Positions 51,101-63,959 of a stretch of 64,000 nucleotides of DNA are shown here, one piece after another. Below the pieces are notes generated by a model. That model was not told the origin of the DNA, ran no database searches, and was given only the letters and a program-made list of their open reading frames with translations. The translations under genes were made by a program, and so were the position numbers. The number at the start of each line of letters is the position of its first letter. Position 1 is the stretch's first letter. The stretch comes from Azolla caroliniana (lineage: Eukaryota; Plantae; Polypodiophyta): NCBI GenBank assembly GCA_043228905.1, contig JBHGNT010000139.1, positions 1 through 64,000 on the forward strand, written 5' to 3'.

Positions 51101-52157
51101 GATGTGCCGACCCTTCAAGAAGGCCCCGCTCTCAACACACGGTCAGCTTCACGGGTAGCTGAACCTTACACTACCGACTCGGACAACTCCGACTCGGCAC
51201 AGCAGAACAATCCGCTTTCGGACCATCCGACCACGATACCCGATGCGACCAGTCCAATCATGCCTCGACGATCCGAGAGACTGTCGCAACCTCCGGAGAG
51301 GTATTCTCCTGGAATTTTCTTCACCGACGCCGGCGAACCGACGTCTTACGAAGAAGCATCGACATCCGTCGATTCAGCCACCTGGCATCTGGCGATGGAG
51401 TCGGAAATGCACTCCATTCGGGCAAACAAGACTTGGGATCTGGTCGAATTACCTAGGAACCGACGTGCTCTTCCTTGCAAGTGGGTTTATCGACTAAAAG
51501 AGACGTCTGATTCGACCACCCCAAAGTACAAGGCCAGACTAGTTGCGAAGGGCTTCCGACAAGAATACGGCGTCGACTTCGACGAGATTTTTTCACCAGT
51601 GGTGAAAATGACAACCCTTCGTTTCCTACTCGGCGTAGTGGCAGCCGACAACTTGGAGCTGATTCAGCTAGATGTCAAAACAGCATTCCTCCATGGTGAT
51701 CTAGACGAGGAAATTTATATGGAGCAGCCAAAAGGCTTCGTGGCGACTGGCCAAGAACATCTAGTCTGCCGACTCAGGAAGAGTCTATACGGCCTCAAAC
51801 AGGCACCGCGACAATGGTACAAGAAGTTCGACGACTTCATCACATCGATCGGCTTCTCAAAAAGCGATGAGGACCATTGTCTCTTCACCAACACAGCTCA
51901 AGATGGATCACCCATCTTCCTCATCATTTACGTGGACGACATGCTAATTTCTGGACGCCACGCGGGCGAACTTGCCGATCTCATTCGGCAACTGCGGTTG
52001 AAGTTTGCCATGAAGGATCTCGGTCCGGCACGACACATACTCGGCATGAAGATCAGTCGGCATCGCGACAAACGACACCTTTTTTTGTCTCAGACCGACT
52101 ATATCGGACGTGTCTTGGAACGCTTCAACATGCAATCAGCCAAATCTGCTTCAACCC
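47893..52157 (+). mobile_element. Young Ty1/copia (copia B), truncated at the duplication junction
   Basis: Putative 5' LTR 47893-48223 (TGTC...CAACA; left end tentative), perfect PBS TGGTATCAGAGC at 48226-48237, ~660-nt leader, then an uninterrupted gag-pol ORF. No RNase H or 3' LTR before the junction. Confidence 0.92.
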
Positions 52158-52192
52158 AGACCAAGGGCCACCTCCACATCGAAATCCTTTGA
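48899..52192 (+). CDS. Copia gag-pol polyprotein (gag, Zn knuckle, protease, integrase, RT), C-terminally truncated and fused
   Basis: Open ~1097-aa frame: CNYCKKPGHIKADC, WLLDSGAS, LWHRRLGH, DLVHSDVCGP, RTDNGGEF, QNGIAER, QLDVKTAFLHG, YVDD. The last 11 residues (QTKGHLHIEIL) derive from the junction and out-of-frame LINE tail. Confidence 0.93.
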   Translation: MASTSGSSEMSLRKFDGSNFNFWKEQMQDYLIVKGQIDPIENEEPPEGYKPIEWQKLDRIVRATIRMHLSESVYFTVQSCTTAFELWKTLSDTYEKKVAATKMFLIRRLYNLRMKESDSVQAHLNEYESISSQISSQGTAIEDELRAMILMSSLPSSWETFVTTVCNASTTAVKYSEVTRAILTEAARRKSFAKDSTDDAYVVQGSTDRSNIRGRDSSRPPNNQRRRSQSRDNRICNYCKKPGHIKADCRALKNKNNKKSGRHEEINYVGFSADVLPDDPNILSIENPVGSEVLLTTEESSTWLLDSGASFHVTPHRSQFRQYTIRHSDSVRVGNSQHCDIIGIGTVELNLAGGSTLVLHNVRHVPEFSRPLISVGQLDEDGIRAGFSSGGWTLHRGNLLLARGPKIHSLYPLHVTLREGNLFLVDIPVSSLWHRRLGHLSKAGITHLSRAGYIPKLSFSDHQFCEHCQYGKQAATSHPTSAPRESRPLDLVHSDVCGPMPHQSLGGASYFVTFIDDSTRKVWAYPIRTKDRVFSIFTDWLAMVENQTDRKLKCLRTDNGGEFKSEEFVKFCRQRGIRREFTAPHSPEQNGIAERMNRTIQERTVSMLQHSGLSDGFWAEALLTAVHIINMSPSRPLGLQIPQELWIGSKPNYDKLRIFGCEAYTLIPKDDRRKLAPRSRKCIFLGYGSNGEMGYRLWDPERRQIVRSSDVVFNESAMNPSVEKPIEVRRVTFSDVPTLQEGPALNTRSASRVAEPYTTDSDNSDSAQQNNPLSDHPTTIPDATSPIMPRRSERLSQPPERYSPGIFFTDAGEPTSYEEASTSVDSATWHLAMESEMHSIRANKTWDLVELPRNRRALPCKWVYRLKETSDSTTPKYKARLVAKGFRQEYGVDFDEIFSPVVKMTTLRFLLGVVAADNLELIQLDVKTAFLHGDLDEEIYMEQPKGFVATGQEHLVCRLRKSLYGLKQAPRQWYKKFDDFITSIGFSKSDEDHCLFTNTAQDGSPIFLIIYVDDMLISGRHAGELADLIRQLRLKFAMKDLGPARHILGMKISRHRDKRHLFLSQTDYIGRVLERFNMQSAKSASTQTKGHLHIEIL

Positions 52193-53024
52193 CCTGCCTC
52201 TTCTTTTCGAGAGACTTGGATGGAAATGAAACTAGGCCTAGTATAAAGTCTTTTCCTTATAGAACATGTTTTTTTTGCTAGAACTCTTTAGCTTAAGGTC
52301 TATATTATATTTATATTTACTTTTGATGAATGGGCAAATACCCCCTTTTTATTGTAAACCAATTGTCTCATGGGCCAATTTTGGTCTTAGAAGATGTTAA
52401 TACATCTTTCTTTCTTTCTTTCTCTCTCTCTCTCTCTCTCTCTCTCATTTGGTCTTATGTTGACCATTTTGGCCTCATAGAAGACGTTAATATCTCTCCC
52501 TCTCTCCCTCTTTGTAAATAATGGCTTCCATTACGAATGAAAAAAACACACACCATCATAACTAACTTACTAGAAAGTATGGAACCTTTCTAGGGAGCTA
52601 AACACTACTACGGTTACAAACTCAATGCCACCTTACACACCAATTCAAATAGTGAATATTATGTGATATGGCAGAGTTTTCTCTCTTCATGGTTGAGAGT
52701 TCGTGACTTCATTAGCATTGGCAATCGCCACAAAAGAAGACCTTTTAATTTCACAACATACTTTCTCACCTTAACTTACGAAACAAAAGTGAAGGCATTC
52801 CGCATATTCCAATTGAACCATAGCTGCCCCCAATACCTTAATAACTCAAAATATAATTCGGAAATGAGGCATCGGTTCATTTTTCTTCGTATGTGCAAAA
52901 ACCCAACTTAAGGAAGATAGACTTACTCTAGTTAGAGATGTCCACACTAAAGTGTTACACTCCAAACCATCCTAGTCATCGGGCATGAAAGAAATCGATG
53001 TTTACTATGTTCCAATTCCACATA

Positions 53025-53071
<47 letters not shown>

Positions 53072-53442
53072 TATGTTTGCCATTTTGGCCTCTTAGAAGA
53101 CGTTAATATCGACCTCTCGTCTTGTCTCTTTTTAGTTTTACTGTAATTGCTTCACTCTAATGGTAAGTTATTAAGATTGTTAAGACTAGGTCTTGGGTCT
53201 AAAACCCAATTATCTCACTTGTTTATTACTCTATACATATCTCTTAATTTACTAGATGCCATTATGGAATGTAATTCCTCTCTATTACTCCATACATCTC
53301 TCTCTCTCTCTCTCTCATTATCATGCATGCCTCCCTCCTATGATGACCACTACCCCCACCCCTCTGATTGCCATTGTGATTGTTACTCCTCTTAATTTAC
53401 TAGATGCCATTATGGAATGTAATTCCTCCCTATTACTCCATA

Positions 53443-53480
<38 letters not shown>

Positions 53481-54093
53481 TCATGCATGCCTCCCTCCTA
53501 TGATGACCACTACCCCCACCCCTCTTATTGCCATTGTGATTGTTACTCCTGGACCGGACTAGCCACTAACACAGCAGGGTATCCTTCCGGATCACTTCAC
53601 CAAATGGGTGGTTGTGGTAAGGATTTCCGACTCCGATAGGCTTCAACCGGTTAACGTCCGGTTGAGATCCGATTCACAACACACAGTGTTACACGCGTAA
53701 GATCAATACATTAAACACATGATGGAATAAAGATCAGATAGACAATAATAACACGCTCTTATATTAATTTTCCATCGTTCATATAATGATATCCGGATCC
53801 TTTTATAAGCATCCAATCTGTGCTACAAAACGGTGCCTAACCGGCAACCGTCTATGAATCGGTCCGGATTCGAATCGACATACCTCTTCTAGATCCGTCC
53901 GTTCCTAACATAATTCATAGTTATATAATTATATCTCTAGGAACCAGCTCGCCTCTTCCTCCTTCCATACTTGGCAGCCACTGACCAACAATGACACGTC
54001 ATGGCGCGCGTTGGCATTGGAAGTTGCCAGTTTATGTATTATATTTATTATAACTCCTCATAGCTAATCTAGGCTATGAACATCATATCACGA

Positions 54094-57000
54094 TGTCGTG
54101 AGGGATTCCCGCCATGGTGAGAAAGGGGAGTCGGACGCACTGTCGTGTTATTCTGCATGCACGGGAGAAGCCAAGGCAGGACCGCAGGGGTCTTGAACCA
54201 AGGAATAGCCGCACAAAGGGAGGAGCACTACGAAACCATGGCCGAGCCGAGCACACAGAAACACAGGGAACTCACAAACAAGGTCGAACAATGAATAAGG
54301 AAAATGCATATATATCTATATATATATATATATATCTATGTGACCAAAATTACAATCAGCTAGCCAGTAAGTGCCAAATCGCTAACACTAACTCACACAA
54401 CGCACGCGACAACAAGAGATGGAGCCTCTGTTGGAAGCGCTCGGGCTTTCCACAAAAACAGAGGCAACCTCCCAACCTGCAGAGAACGATCCCAAAAAAC
54501 GATAGAGGAGAAGAGCTCGGTTTCAGTCCGACAGCACTTAGTCCTAAAAAACGCGATCCCTCTCTCAGTCTTCTCCTCTCCCTTTTATAGGCCCCCGGGG
54601 TCAGACCGTTATACCATGGTTACATCATCTTTATTTCTGTCACTTCAGACAAAGATACACTACGATTTCCCAAACAATAAATGCGTACTACCTAGTATCC
54701 TCACGTCAAATGAATTGCTCCTAAATATGTACAAGTTATTAAATAACGTGCCCGCACGTAAGGGCCAATTCATGCACATATTTCCCTGATTCCTCCTAGG
54801 GGTGGTTTTCTCCACGACATCCACCCCCACCTAACCGCGCAACCACCAGTATGCGCCAAAATAGACTTCTGCCGGAGAAGACCGGCCCGCACTCATCTTT
54901 CATTCTCCGGATCGCCATCCGCTCCGAACCGATTGTCGTCGCTATCCATGTCCTCTGGGTTCGGTTCATCCTCGTGCCGCTTCTTGAACTCTTTGATCCT
55001 CTTCCCGGCCATCGGCACAACTATTCTCGTTCCGTCGAGCTCCACGAGATGGTAGGTGTCGTTGTCATTGGCGCTTGTCACCGCGTAAGGCCCGAACCAC
55101 CTCCTCGCAAATTTTCGCACCGCTTTGTGCTGATTGTCGAGGTTGTTGTCGTATACCAGCATGCAATCGCCTTCCTCAATGTTCTTCGGTCGGAGCCGGT
55201 GTGTCCGGTCGAACCGGCCCTTCTTCCTTTCCCGTGTCGTTCGCAGCTTCTCCCTTGCTCGCTCCACGTCCTCCGTCTCCGTTCAAGTTGTCGGATCCCC
55301 GCCGCCAACAGCTCCTCCCGGCTCATTTTGTTCCTCCAATCCACCGCAGCCCACGAAGTGATTGCCCGCTCCGCCGGCATAATCGGTTTTTGCATGTACA
55401 TCAACTCCGCCGGCATGAACCCGATCACTGAATTCCGGTCCGCCCACAACACATAAGGTAGAAGCCGCGGCCAATTCCCGACCTGTCCTTCACACGCTCA
55501 CACCAACGCCTTCACGATTGGGTCGTGCCCTCGTTCTACCTTCCCGTTTGCTTCCAGGTTGTATGCCGTAGTGAGAGAGAGCTTGACCCCTACCTAGTCG
55601 AACAACTCTTCAGCTTCCTGCACGTCCAACTCCCCCAGATCTGCCACGATCTTTCCTACACACCCATACCGGCACACCACTTCCTCAATCCGGAATTGGC
55701 ACACCGCCGCAGTCGTCTTATTCTGCAGTGTGTGGCCCTCCACTTGGTTCTTTAAGTCTTCTCACGCCAGTACCAGGTACCACATCTGTCCTACCCCCAT
55801 CGGCATCGTCACCAAATCTACCATCCACTTGAAATGGCCAGTTGGGGGGTAGGTCAGGTGCAGCTCATCTCGATGCCGGATCGTGGAGTGCATTTGGCAA
55901 CTCTCGCACGTCGTCACGAACCGGTGCACGTCTCGGTATAGCCCCGGCCACCAATACTTCTCCTTTAGCTTCTCGGATGTGGCCCGAGTCCCGTGGTGAC
56001 CAGCCCAAGGACTCTCGTGGTATGCCGCGAGTAGCATCTCTTGTTCCTCCTTTCTTGTCACTACTCGTAGTGGGACGCCGCCTCTCTTCTTCAGATTCTT
56101 CCACAGGTTCCTGTCCCGCAGGAAGAACCGGTACGCTTTCTTCCGGACCCAGTTGGCTTCGCCTTTCGTTCAGGCGGCGTCCGACGTCATTATCTTTAGG
56201 AATCTACCGATCCTAAGCCACTCTCCTTCGTATTCACCCTCGTGAAACTCGTTAAGCGCCGGGGTGCTCCCTACCCTCGTCAGGCAAGCCGACTCGAAGA
56301 AGTCCTCGCCGACTTCTTCGTCCTCCGAAACCATGCCGTCCTCGTTGTCGAACCGCGTTCTCGAAAGCATGTCAGCGATGGCGTTGTCCTTTCAGGAGAT
56401 GTGCCATATCTCCAGATTCAGGGACTTGATGTATGCGATCCACCTGAGCATCGCCAGGTCAGGCGTCGCGCATCCGGAAACCATTCCGAGGATCGGTAGG
56501 CAGTCCATCCCGATACGATAATCTTTGTCGGCCTTGACTACCGAAACAATACCCCAGAGCTCACGCTTAACTTGGGTGTATGCTCGTTGTTGCTCACTGA
56601 ATACCTTCGCTCCGAACCAGATAGGGACCCGTGTGTTGCCCTCGTCTTCTTGATTGATCACCCATCCTATCCCAGTCAGGCTCGTATCTACGGTTACATA
56701 GATCCAAACATCCTTGCTGTAAACCGCTTTACAGAGTGTCGGTGCTCTGGTGAGCGCTTCTTTCAATCTCCGGACCGACTCCGTATGTTCCTTGCCCCAA
56801 TCAAATTCGCGCCCTTTCTTTAGCAGCTCGTAGAGCGGTTCCGCGATGTGCGCGTAATGCGGAACCTGTTGGGAATATGTCCCTCCTATGGGAGGAAGAA
56901 CCGACTGATCAGAAAGCCGACAATTGATGATAGGGAAGATCCGACTGTTCGGAAAGCCGACAATTGAAGAGTCGAAAACAGTGAGTCGACTGTTTGTGAA

Positions 57001-60000
57001 TTCGACTATTATTATTATGGTAATAATAATGATGATGTTTGGAAACAAGTCCCTCTAGATGGGAAAGAGAGAGGAGCCAAGTTGATGAGTGACTATAAAC
57101 TGAAATCGTGTAAATAGCCAACTCGGGAGACTATAATTGTAAATAGTCTAAGTGTGCGCCCCATGAGGGTTACATATGTAAATAGCCAGAAAGTTGTGTA
57201 AGTATATATACAACTAGGGCAAACTTATGTGTGGGACGAATAGAGTTAGAACTGTAAAAACAAAATAGAGTGTGTAGAGAGAGAGTGTGTGTGAGAGTGT
57301 GAGAGAAGAAGGAAGAGTCGCGCCATAATTGTGTGTGTAACAGTAGACGCGAAGAGCCCTATGTGGCTGATACACTTGACAGAGTGTTGTAATCTTCTCT
57401 GTATTGTATATACACTACATTATAGTGATGAATCTGTTCACCTATGGTTTTTCCCCATTTTAGGGTTTCCACGTAAATCTCTGTGTATATTTGTTCATCT
57501 TGTTTTTTTTGGTGTATTTCTGTAATTCGTATTTCAGCATGTAGTTCGTTTATTGTGATCTATTCCGCATCGATTTCTCAACAAACTGGTATTAGAGCTT
57601 GAGGTGCAAGCATGGAAGGAGGTGTTAGCGAATTCCCAGGTATGATAGTTCTAAACTCTCAAAACTATGTAGACTGGAAGATCAAGATGGAAGACCTTCT
57701 CATAGTTAAAGATCTGTACGAGCTAGTCGACAGAGCAGAAATACCCAGGGGGGTATTGGAGTTGGAGTGGAAGCTTCTAAATAGGAAGGCGGTGGCCACA
57801 ATCCAACAATGTGTCGATATAAGTGTCCTTCAGCATGTGGCGAACGACACGAATGCTCACGAGATGTGGCAGAAGCTGTTGGGTTTGTACGAGAGGAAGA
57901 ACGCGCTCAATAGAACCTCGCTAATGAGAAAAATCGTAGGGCTGATACCGAGACAGTGAGAGCATCGTCGAACACATCAACACGTTCATGGGGTATGTAA
58001 ATCAACTTGTTGCGACCAAGTTTCCCCTGGATGACGCAATGCAGGCCATCCTGCTGATGTGCACACTGCTAGAAAGTTGGGAGAACCTGGTGGTTACTCT
58101 CAACACCTCCTGTCAAGAAGAGAAATTCTCTTTTCAAACGATGAAGACAAGCATCCTGAATGAAGAGGCAAGGAGGAAACACAAAGGAGTCTTGTCCCAA
58201 ACGGAGTCGAATCTGACTCAACATATGGACAGAGGAAGGGACCGGCTAAGAAGAATTCCGCAGCGAACAGACCAATCCCACGCCAGATCGAAGTCCAGAG
58301 GTAAGCCTGTGTGCTTCTATTGCGGAAAAACCTGGACACTTCCAGAAGGACTGCCGACACATGAAGAAAGATAAGTCTGTCAGAAATAATGTCGAACCCC
58401 GGAAGATTCCGGATGAAAAGAACTCTTCGGCCATTGCTATGAGCAATGAGGAACTTTTGTTCATCTATGAACAGACAAGTGCAAATCTTGCAAGCGAAGA
58501 GTGCACTTGGGTGATCGACTCCGGCGCATCCTTTCACATTACTCCGTCGAGAGAGTACTTCTCGACTTACATAGCCGGGGATCATGGCTATGTAAAGATG
58601 GGTGATAGTGGAGAGTGCAAGATAACTGGAGTCAGAAGTGTGTGCTTAACGACGTCGACAGGGTGTCGACTAACGTTGAAGGATGTTCGACACGTCCCCG
58701 ATATCAGATTGAATCTAATATCGACTGGAAGGCTTGACGACGAAGGCTAAATGGTAGTTTTCATAATGGCAAGTGGAAGTTCTGCCGAGGAAATCTCATA
58801 GTGGCCCGAGCACAGAAAGAAGGCACATTGTACATGATGCATGCCCGACTGTGCAAATCGGAAGTAAACGTGGCAGTCAACTCGGCAGGGGAGATATGGC
58901 ATAAGAGGCTAGGCCACATGAGTGAGAAGGGAATGCACATGTTAGCCGACCAGGAACTTCTACCAGTAGTCAAGGGAGTGCACCTGGAGAAGCGTGTCAA
59001 CTGCTTAGCTAGAAAGCAAAACAGGACGACATTCCACACAAGACCACCGAGGAGAAGAGATGTTGCACTCAAACTAGTGCACACGGATGTGTGCTATGCG
59101 GATGCTCCATTGCATCAAGGAGGATAGTACTTTGTAACGTTTATTGACGATTATAGTCAGAAGACATGGGCCTTCATACTAAAGTCGAAGGATCAAGTAT
59201 TGTCGGTTTTCAAGGAGTTCCAGGCAAGAACCGAAAGAGAGTCGGTTCGGAAACTGAAGGTTGTCTGAACCGACAACGGTGGCGAGTAAAGAGGGCAGTT
59301 CGAGGAATACTGCAAGTGCCAAGGTATTCGGATCAAATACACACTGCCAAAGACCCCAGACTTGAATGGGCTTGCAAGGAGGATGAATCGAACAATCATG
59401 GAGAGAGTAAGGAGCATGCTCTCTCATGCGAAACTGCCGAAATCCTGTTGGGCTGAGGTGATGTACACATTGTCTATCTGATCAACAAGTCTCCCTCAGT
59501 GCCATTAAAGGGTGATGTCCCATAGAGGGTGTGGACAGGGAAGGATGTCTCCTACCAACACCTGAGGGTGTTTGGATGTTTGGCGTATATGCATGTAGCA
59601 AAGGATCAGAGGTCAAAGCTCGATAGCAAGTCGAAAGCATGCATATTCATGGGATACTCAAAAGATGAGTTCGGCTATAGGTTGTGGGACTTAGTCGACA
59701 AGAAGGTAGTGAGAAGTCGGGATGTTGTCTTTCTAGAAGACAAGACAATTGAAGACTGGAAGCAACACAAGTCGGAACCGACTCCCCAGTCAACCTCGAC
59801 TACCATCGACTTAAGGCCAAGTGTGTCGTCACCGGCAGCTGTAAGGAGACAGCTGGCCGATAGAGCCAAATCCGAGTCGGTTGACTCGGAAAGACCGACA
59901 GTCTATGAGTCGGAGTCGACAGATCTGCTAAAATCAATTGAGGAATATGAGTTGGAGTTGTCCAACCTGGAGATGCCGATTGATGAGCAGAATCCCATGC

Positions 60001-63000
60001 AAAGAGAAGAGTTGGCAAAGGCATCCGGAAAAGAGTCAACAACGAGTGGACGAAGGTACCCACTCAAAGAAAGAAAGGCACCAACCACATATGCCAGTCA
60101 ATACGTCCTCTTGACTGATGACGGTGAGCCGGTGTGCTATGAAGAAGCCACTGCCGACGAGAGTAGAGAAAAATGGTTGAACGTGATGCAAGAGGAGATG
60201 GAATCCTTGCACACGAATTACACCCACGACCTAGTAGAGCTGCCGAAAGGTAAGAGAGCACTCAAGAATAAATGGGTCTACAAGGTGAAGACTGGAGAAG
60301 TCGACAGCGAGCCCAGGTATAAAGCCCGCATAGTGGTGAAGGGTTTCCAACATAAGAAGGGCGTCAACTTTGACGAAATATTCGCACCAGTCGTGAAGAT
60401 GACATCCATACGAATTGTTCTGATCATAGCGGCCAACATGGATCTGGAGGTCGAACAGTTGGATGTCAAAACCGCATTTCTGCACGGGGAACTAAAGGAA
60501 GAAATCTACATGCAACAACCCAAAGCCTTTGAGGAAAAAGGGAAAGAGAATATGGTGTGTCGACTGAGGAAAAGCTTGTACGGACTGAAACAAGCTCCAC
60601 GCCAATGGTACAAGAAATTTGAGTCCTTCATGATGGAACATCAGTTCTAGAAAACACAGGTTGATCACTGTGTGTTCGTCAAAAGGTACGAGGAAGGAGA
60701 TTTCTTGATTCTCTTGTTATACGTTGATGACATGTTGCAAGGAAGATTGGAAGCTTGAAGAAAGCTCTCGGCAAATCATTTGCCATGAAAGACCTCGGAC
60801 CAACAAAGCAGATCCTAGGAATGCACATAACCCGAGACAGAGCTCGGAAGATGCTATGGTTGTCACAACAGAAGTATGTGATGAAGATCCTAGAGAGGTT
60901 CAACATGCCGAATGCAAAGCCGGTCGGCTCTGTGTTGTCGACAAACTACAGATTAAATGCGAAGCAGTGTCCGAAAGGGCAGAAGGAAAAGGCTGAGATG
61001 AAGAAGGTACCATATGCCTTAGCCGTCGGCAGTCTAATGTATGCTATGGTCTGTACGAGACCGGACATAGCATTTGTTGTAGGAGCAGTAAGCCGATATA
61101 TGAGTAATCCAGGGAGAGAACACAGGGATACTCAGGTACTTAAAGGGCACCTCAGGGGTGTGCCTAAGGTATGGTGTCGGAAAACCTGTGCTGGGAGGTT
61201 TTACCGATTCAGACATGCCAGGAGATGTCGACTCATGTTGATCCACGTAAGGGTACATGATGAACTATGCAGGGGGAGCAATGTTGTGGCAGTCACGACT
61301 GCAGAAGTATATGGCAGCAGTAGAAGCCGGAAAAGAGCTGATCTGGATAAGAAATTTTCTCACAGAATTAGGCATGAAGCAAAAGGAGTTCTTGCTTCAT
61401 TGTGACAACCAAAGCGCCATACACCTAGCCAAGAACACGACATATCACTCCCAAACCAAGCACATACAGAGAAGGTATCACTGGTTGCGGGAGAGAGTTG
61501 AAGAAGGAGAATTTGCTCTTTAGAAGATCCATACTGACGACAATGAATCCGACATGTTGACGAAGAACCTACCTTTGGACAAACTCAGAGTCTGTCGACA
61601 AAATACAGGACTGACAGATTTCCTTGCACAGGAGTGAAGGGGGAGTTTGTTAGGAATATGTCCCTCTAGTGGGAGGAAGAACCGATTGATCGGAAAACCG
61701 ACCGTCGATGACAGGGAAGATCCGACTGTTCGGAAAGCCAACAGTTGAAGAGTTGAAAACAGTGAGTCGACTGTTTGTGAATTCGACTATTATTATTATG
61801 GTAATAATAATGATGATGTTTGGAAACAAGTCCCTCTAGATGGGAAAGAGAGAGGAGCCGAGTTGATGAGTGACTATAAACCGGAATTGTGTAAATAGCC
61901 AACTCGGGAGACTATAATTGTAAATAGTCTAAGTGTGCACCCCATGAGGCTTATGTATGTAAATAGCCAGAAAGTTGTGTAAGTATATATACAACTAGGG
62001 CAAACTTATGTGTGTGACGAATAGAGTTAGAACTGTAGAAACAGAATAGAGTGTGTAGAGAGAGAGTGTGTGAGAGAGAAGAAGGAAGAGTCGCGCCATA
62101 GCTGTGTGTGTAACAGCAGACGCGAAGATCCTTGTGCGGCTGATACACTCGACAAAGTGTTGTAATCTTCTTTGTATTGTATATCCACTATATTATAGTG
62201 AAGAATTTGTTCACCCGTGGTTTTTCCCCGTTTTAGGGTTTCCACGTAAATCTCTGTGTATATTTGTTCATTTTGTCTTTTCTGGTGTATTTCTATAATT
62301 CGTATTTCAGCGCATAGTTCGTTTATTGTGATCTATTCCGCATCGATTTCTCAACAGAACCCAGATGTGGTAGAACGCACACGCCCCCAAGAACCTCTGC
62401 ACCTCTGTTACCGACTTGCACTCCTCCTTCATCGCGGAAATGGCTTTGACCTTTGCCGGAGAGGGTTTCCGGCCATAAGGCCCGCACAAGTGTCTGACGA
62501 CCATGATTTCCGACTTCTCCCTGGAAAAGGTGAGTCGCGCGCCTTCCAACCTTTGTAGCACCTTGTCATAGTCTGCGATGTGGTCCGAGACGAATTTTTG
62601 ATACCCGTCCGGTCTAACCGTTTCGTCCTTATCCTCCACCGGACATCCCTTGATCGGGATGTCATCCAAGAACGACATGGTGATGTTTGGGATGCAGTCC
62701 CTCAGCACTTTGTTCATTGCATTCACCATGTGCACCACTGAGTTTGTCCCTCCTTGCGGCAGGGTACACATCTGCACTAAGCCGAAAGGAGTCCGCATTG
62801 TCGTAATATCCCTACTCTCTACAACTAGTTAGAATAGGTCGTACCCCGAGTACAAATCCCCGATTGAGCAAATTGACCTTCCGGCAAAGGCCTCTGCGAA
62901 CTCGTCAATGGTCGGTCCAATTCTTGTGTTCCAAATGGTCACCCTGTTGACCAGCTGCAGGTCCTGAATAAAGCGCAACGTGCCGTTCTTCTTTGGCACG

Positions 63001-63712
63001 ATAAACCACCGATTCGAGTATGGGTCACTCAACGGTTCGAGGACGCCCATCTACACCTTCTGCTTCAGTAGCTCCATCAACTTCGGGATGTGGGCTCTAG
63101 GCACCGGAATCGGCTTGAGATTCCACGGTACATGTGGTACTGTGAAGATCACCATTGGTTCCATGATTATCGGGTCTATGCATCTGATCTCCCCCGGTGT
63201 GAATGCGAAGGCCCTCCCGTGCCTTTCAAGCATTCCCCGAAACCGGTCCTCCTCCACCGGCAGTAGAAAGCCACCCCCACCGACCTTGAGCTCTCGTAGC
63301 ATTACGTCAGTGAACCGGTGTCCTATGTCGGTCGGATCTCGTAAACTTGGGTCCGACGCAACCCCTTTCATTCGCAACTCACTGCCCTTCGGCAAGGGTG
63401 CCGCAACTGGCCTCACCTTCCGTTCCACGGTCTCATACTTCGTATGCACATGGGCCATCCGATCCAACTCGACCCTCTCCCCGAAGTCGGCGATAACTTC
63501 ATACATCATTCCTAAACTAACCGGAATCATCTGGTCTGTGTTGAGGCCTTCTTCGAACACCTTCTTTAACTCCCCCAAGGTGTCATTGAAAGAGACCGCC
63601 TCCACGACTCCACCAATCTCATCATCGGGGCCCAGGACTCTGCACGCCTTGAGTCGTCCCTCCGCCCGTTTCTTCTCCCGGCCGCTAATGCCGGTCATCG
63701 TACAATCTCCGC
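54094..63712 (-). mobile_element. Duplicate copy of the Ty3/gypsy element (LTR 54094-54819)
   Basis: Same as 38274-47892 shifted by +15820. Confidence 0.93.
56867..62356 (+). mobile_element. Duplicate copy of full-length copia A
   Basis: LTRs 56867-57583 and 61648-62356, TSD GAACC, same lesions as copy 1. Confidence 0.95.
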
Positions 63713-63918
63713 TGTCAGAGAACCAAAATTTCTTGTCTATAGTATAGGGCTTCCTGTCGAATACATGTGTATAATGGACGTATTCACACTATCTCGTCTT
63801 GGCCATTTATGTAATTAGCATAAAGGGTAGTTGCCCTAAGTCGGTCACTATATATATTGACCTTGTAACCTTTTTGTAAGGTTGGCTGTTGTATTATTGC
63901 TTTGGGAAATAGAAAGTT

Positions 63919-63959
<41 letters not shown>

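Larger units (their letters stand above)
36336..52157. repeat. Segmental tandem duplication, copy 1 (15,822 bp)
   Basis: Sequence from AGACCAAGGGCCACCTCC (36336) recurs at 52158. Every downstream ORF is repeated at +15820. Confidence 0.97.
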
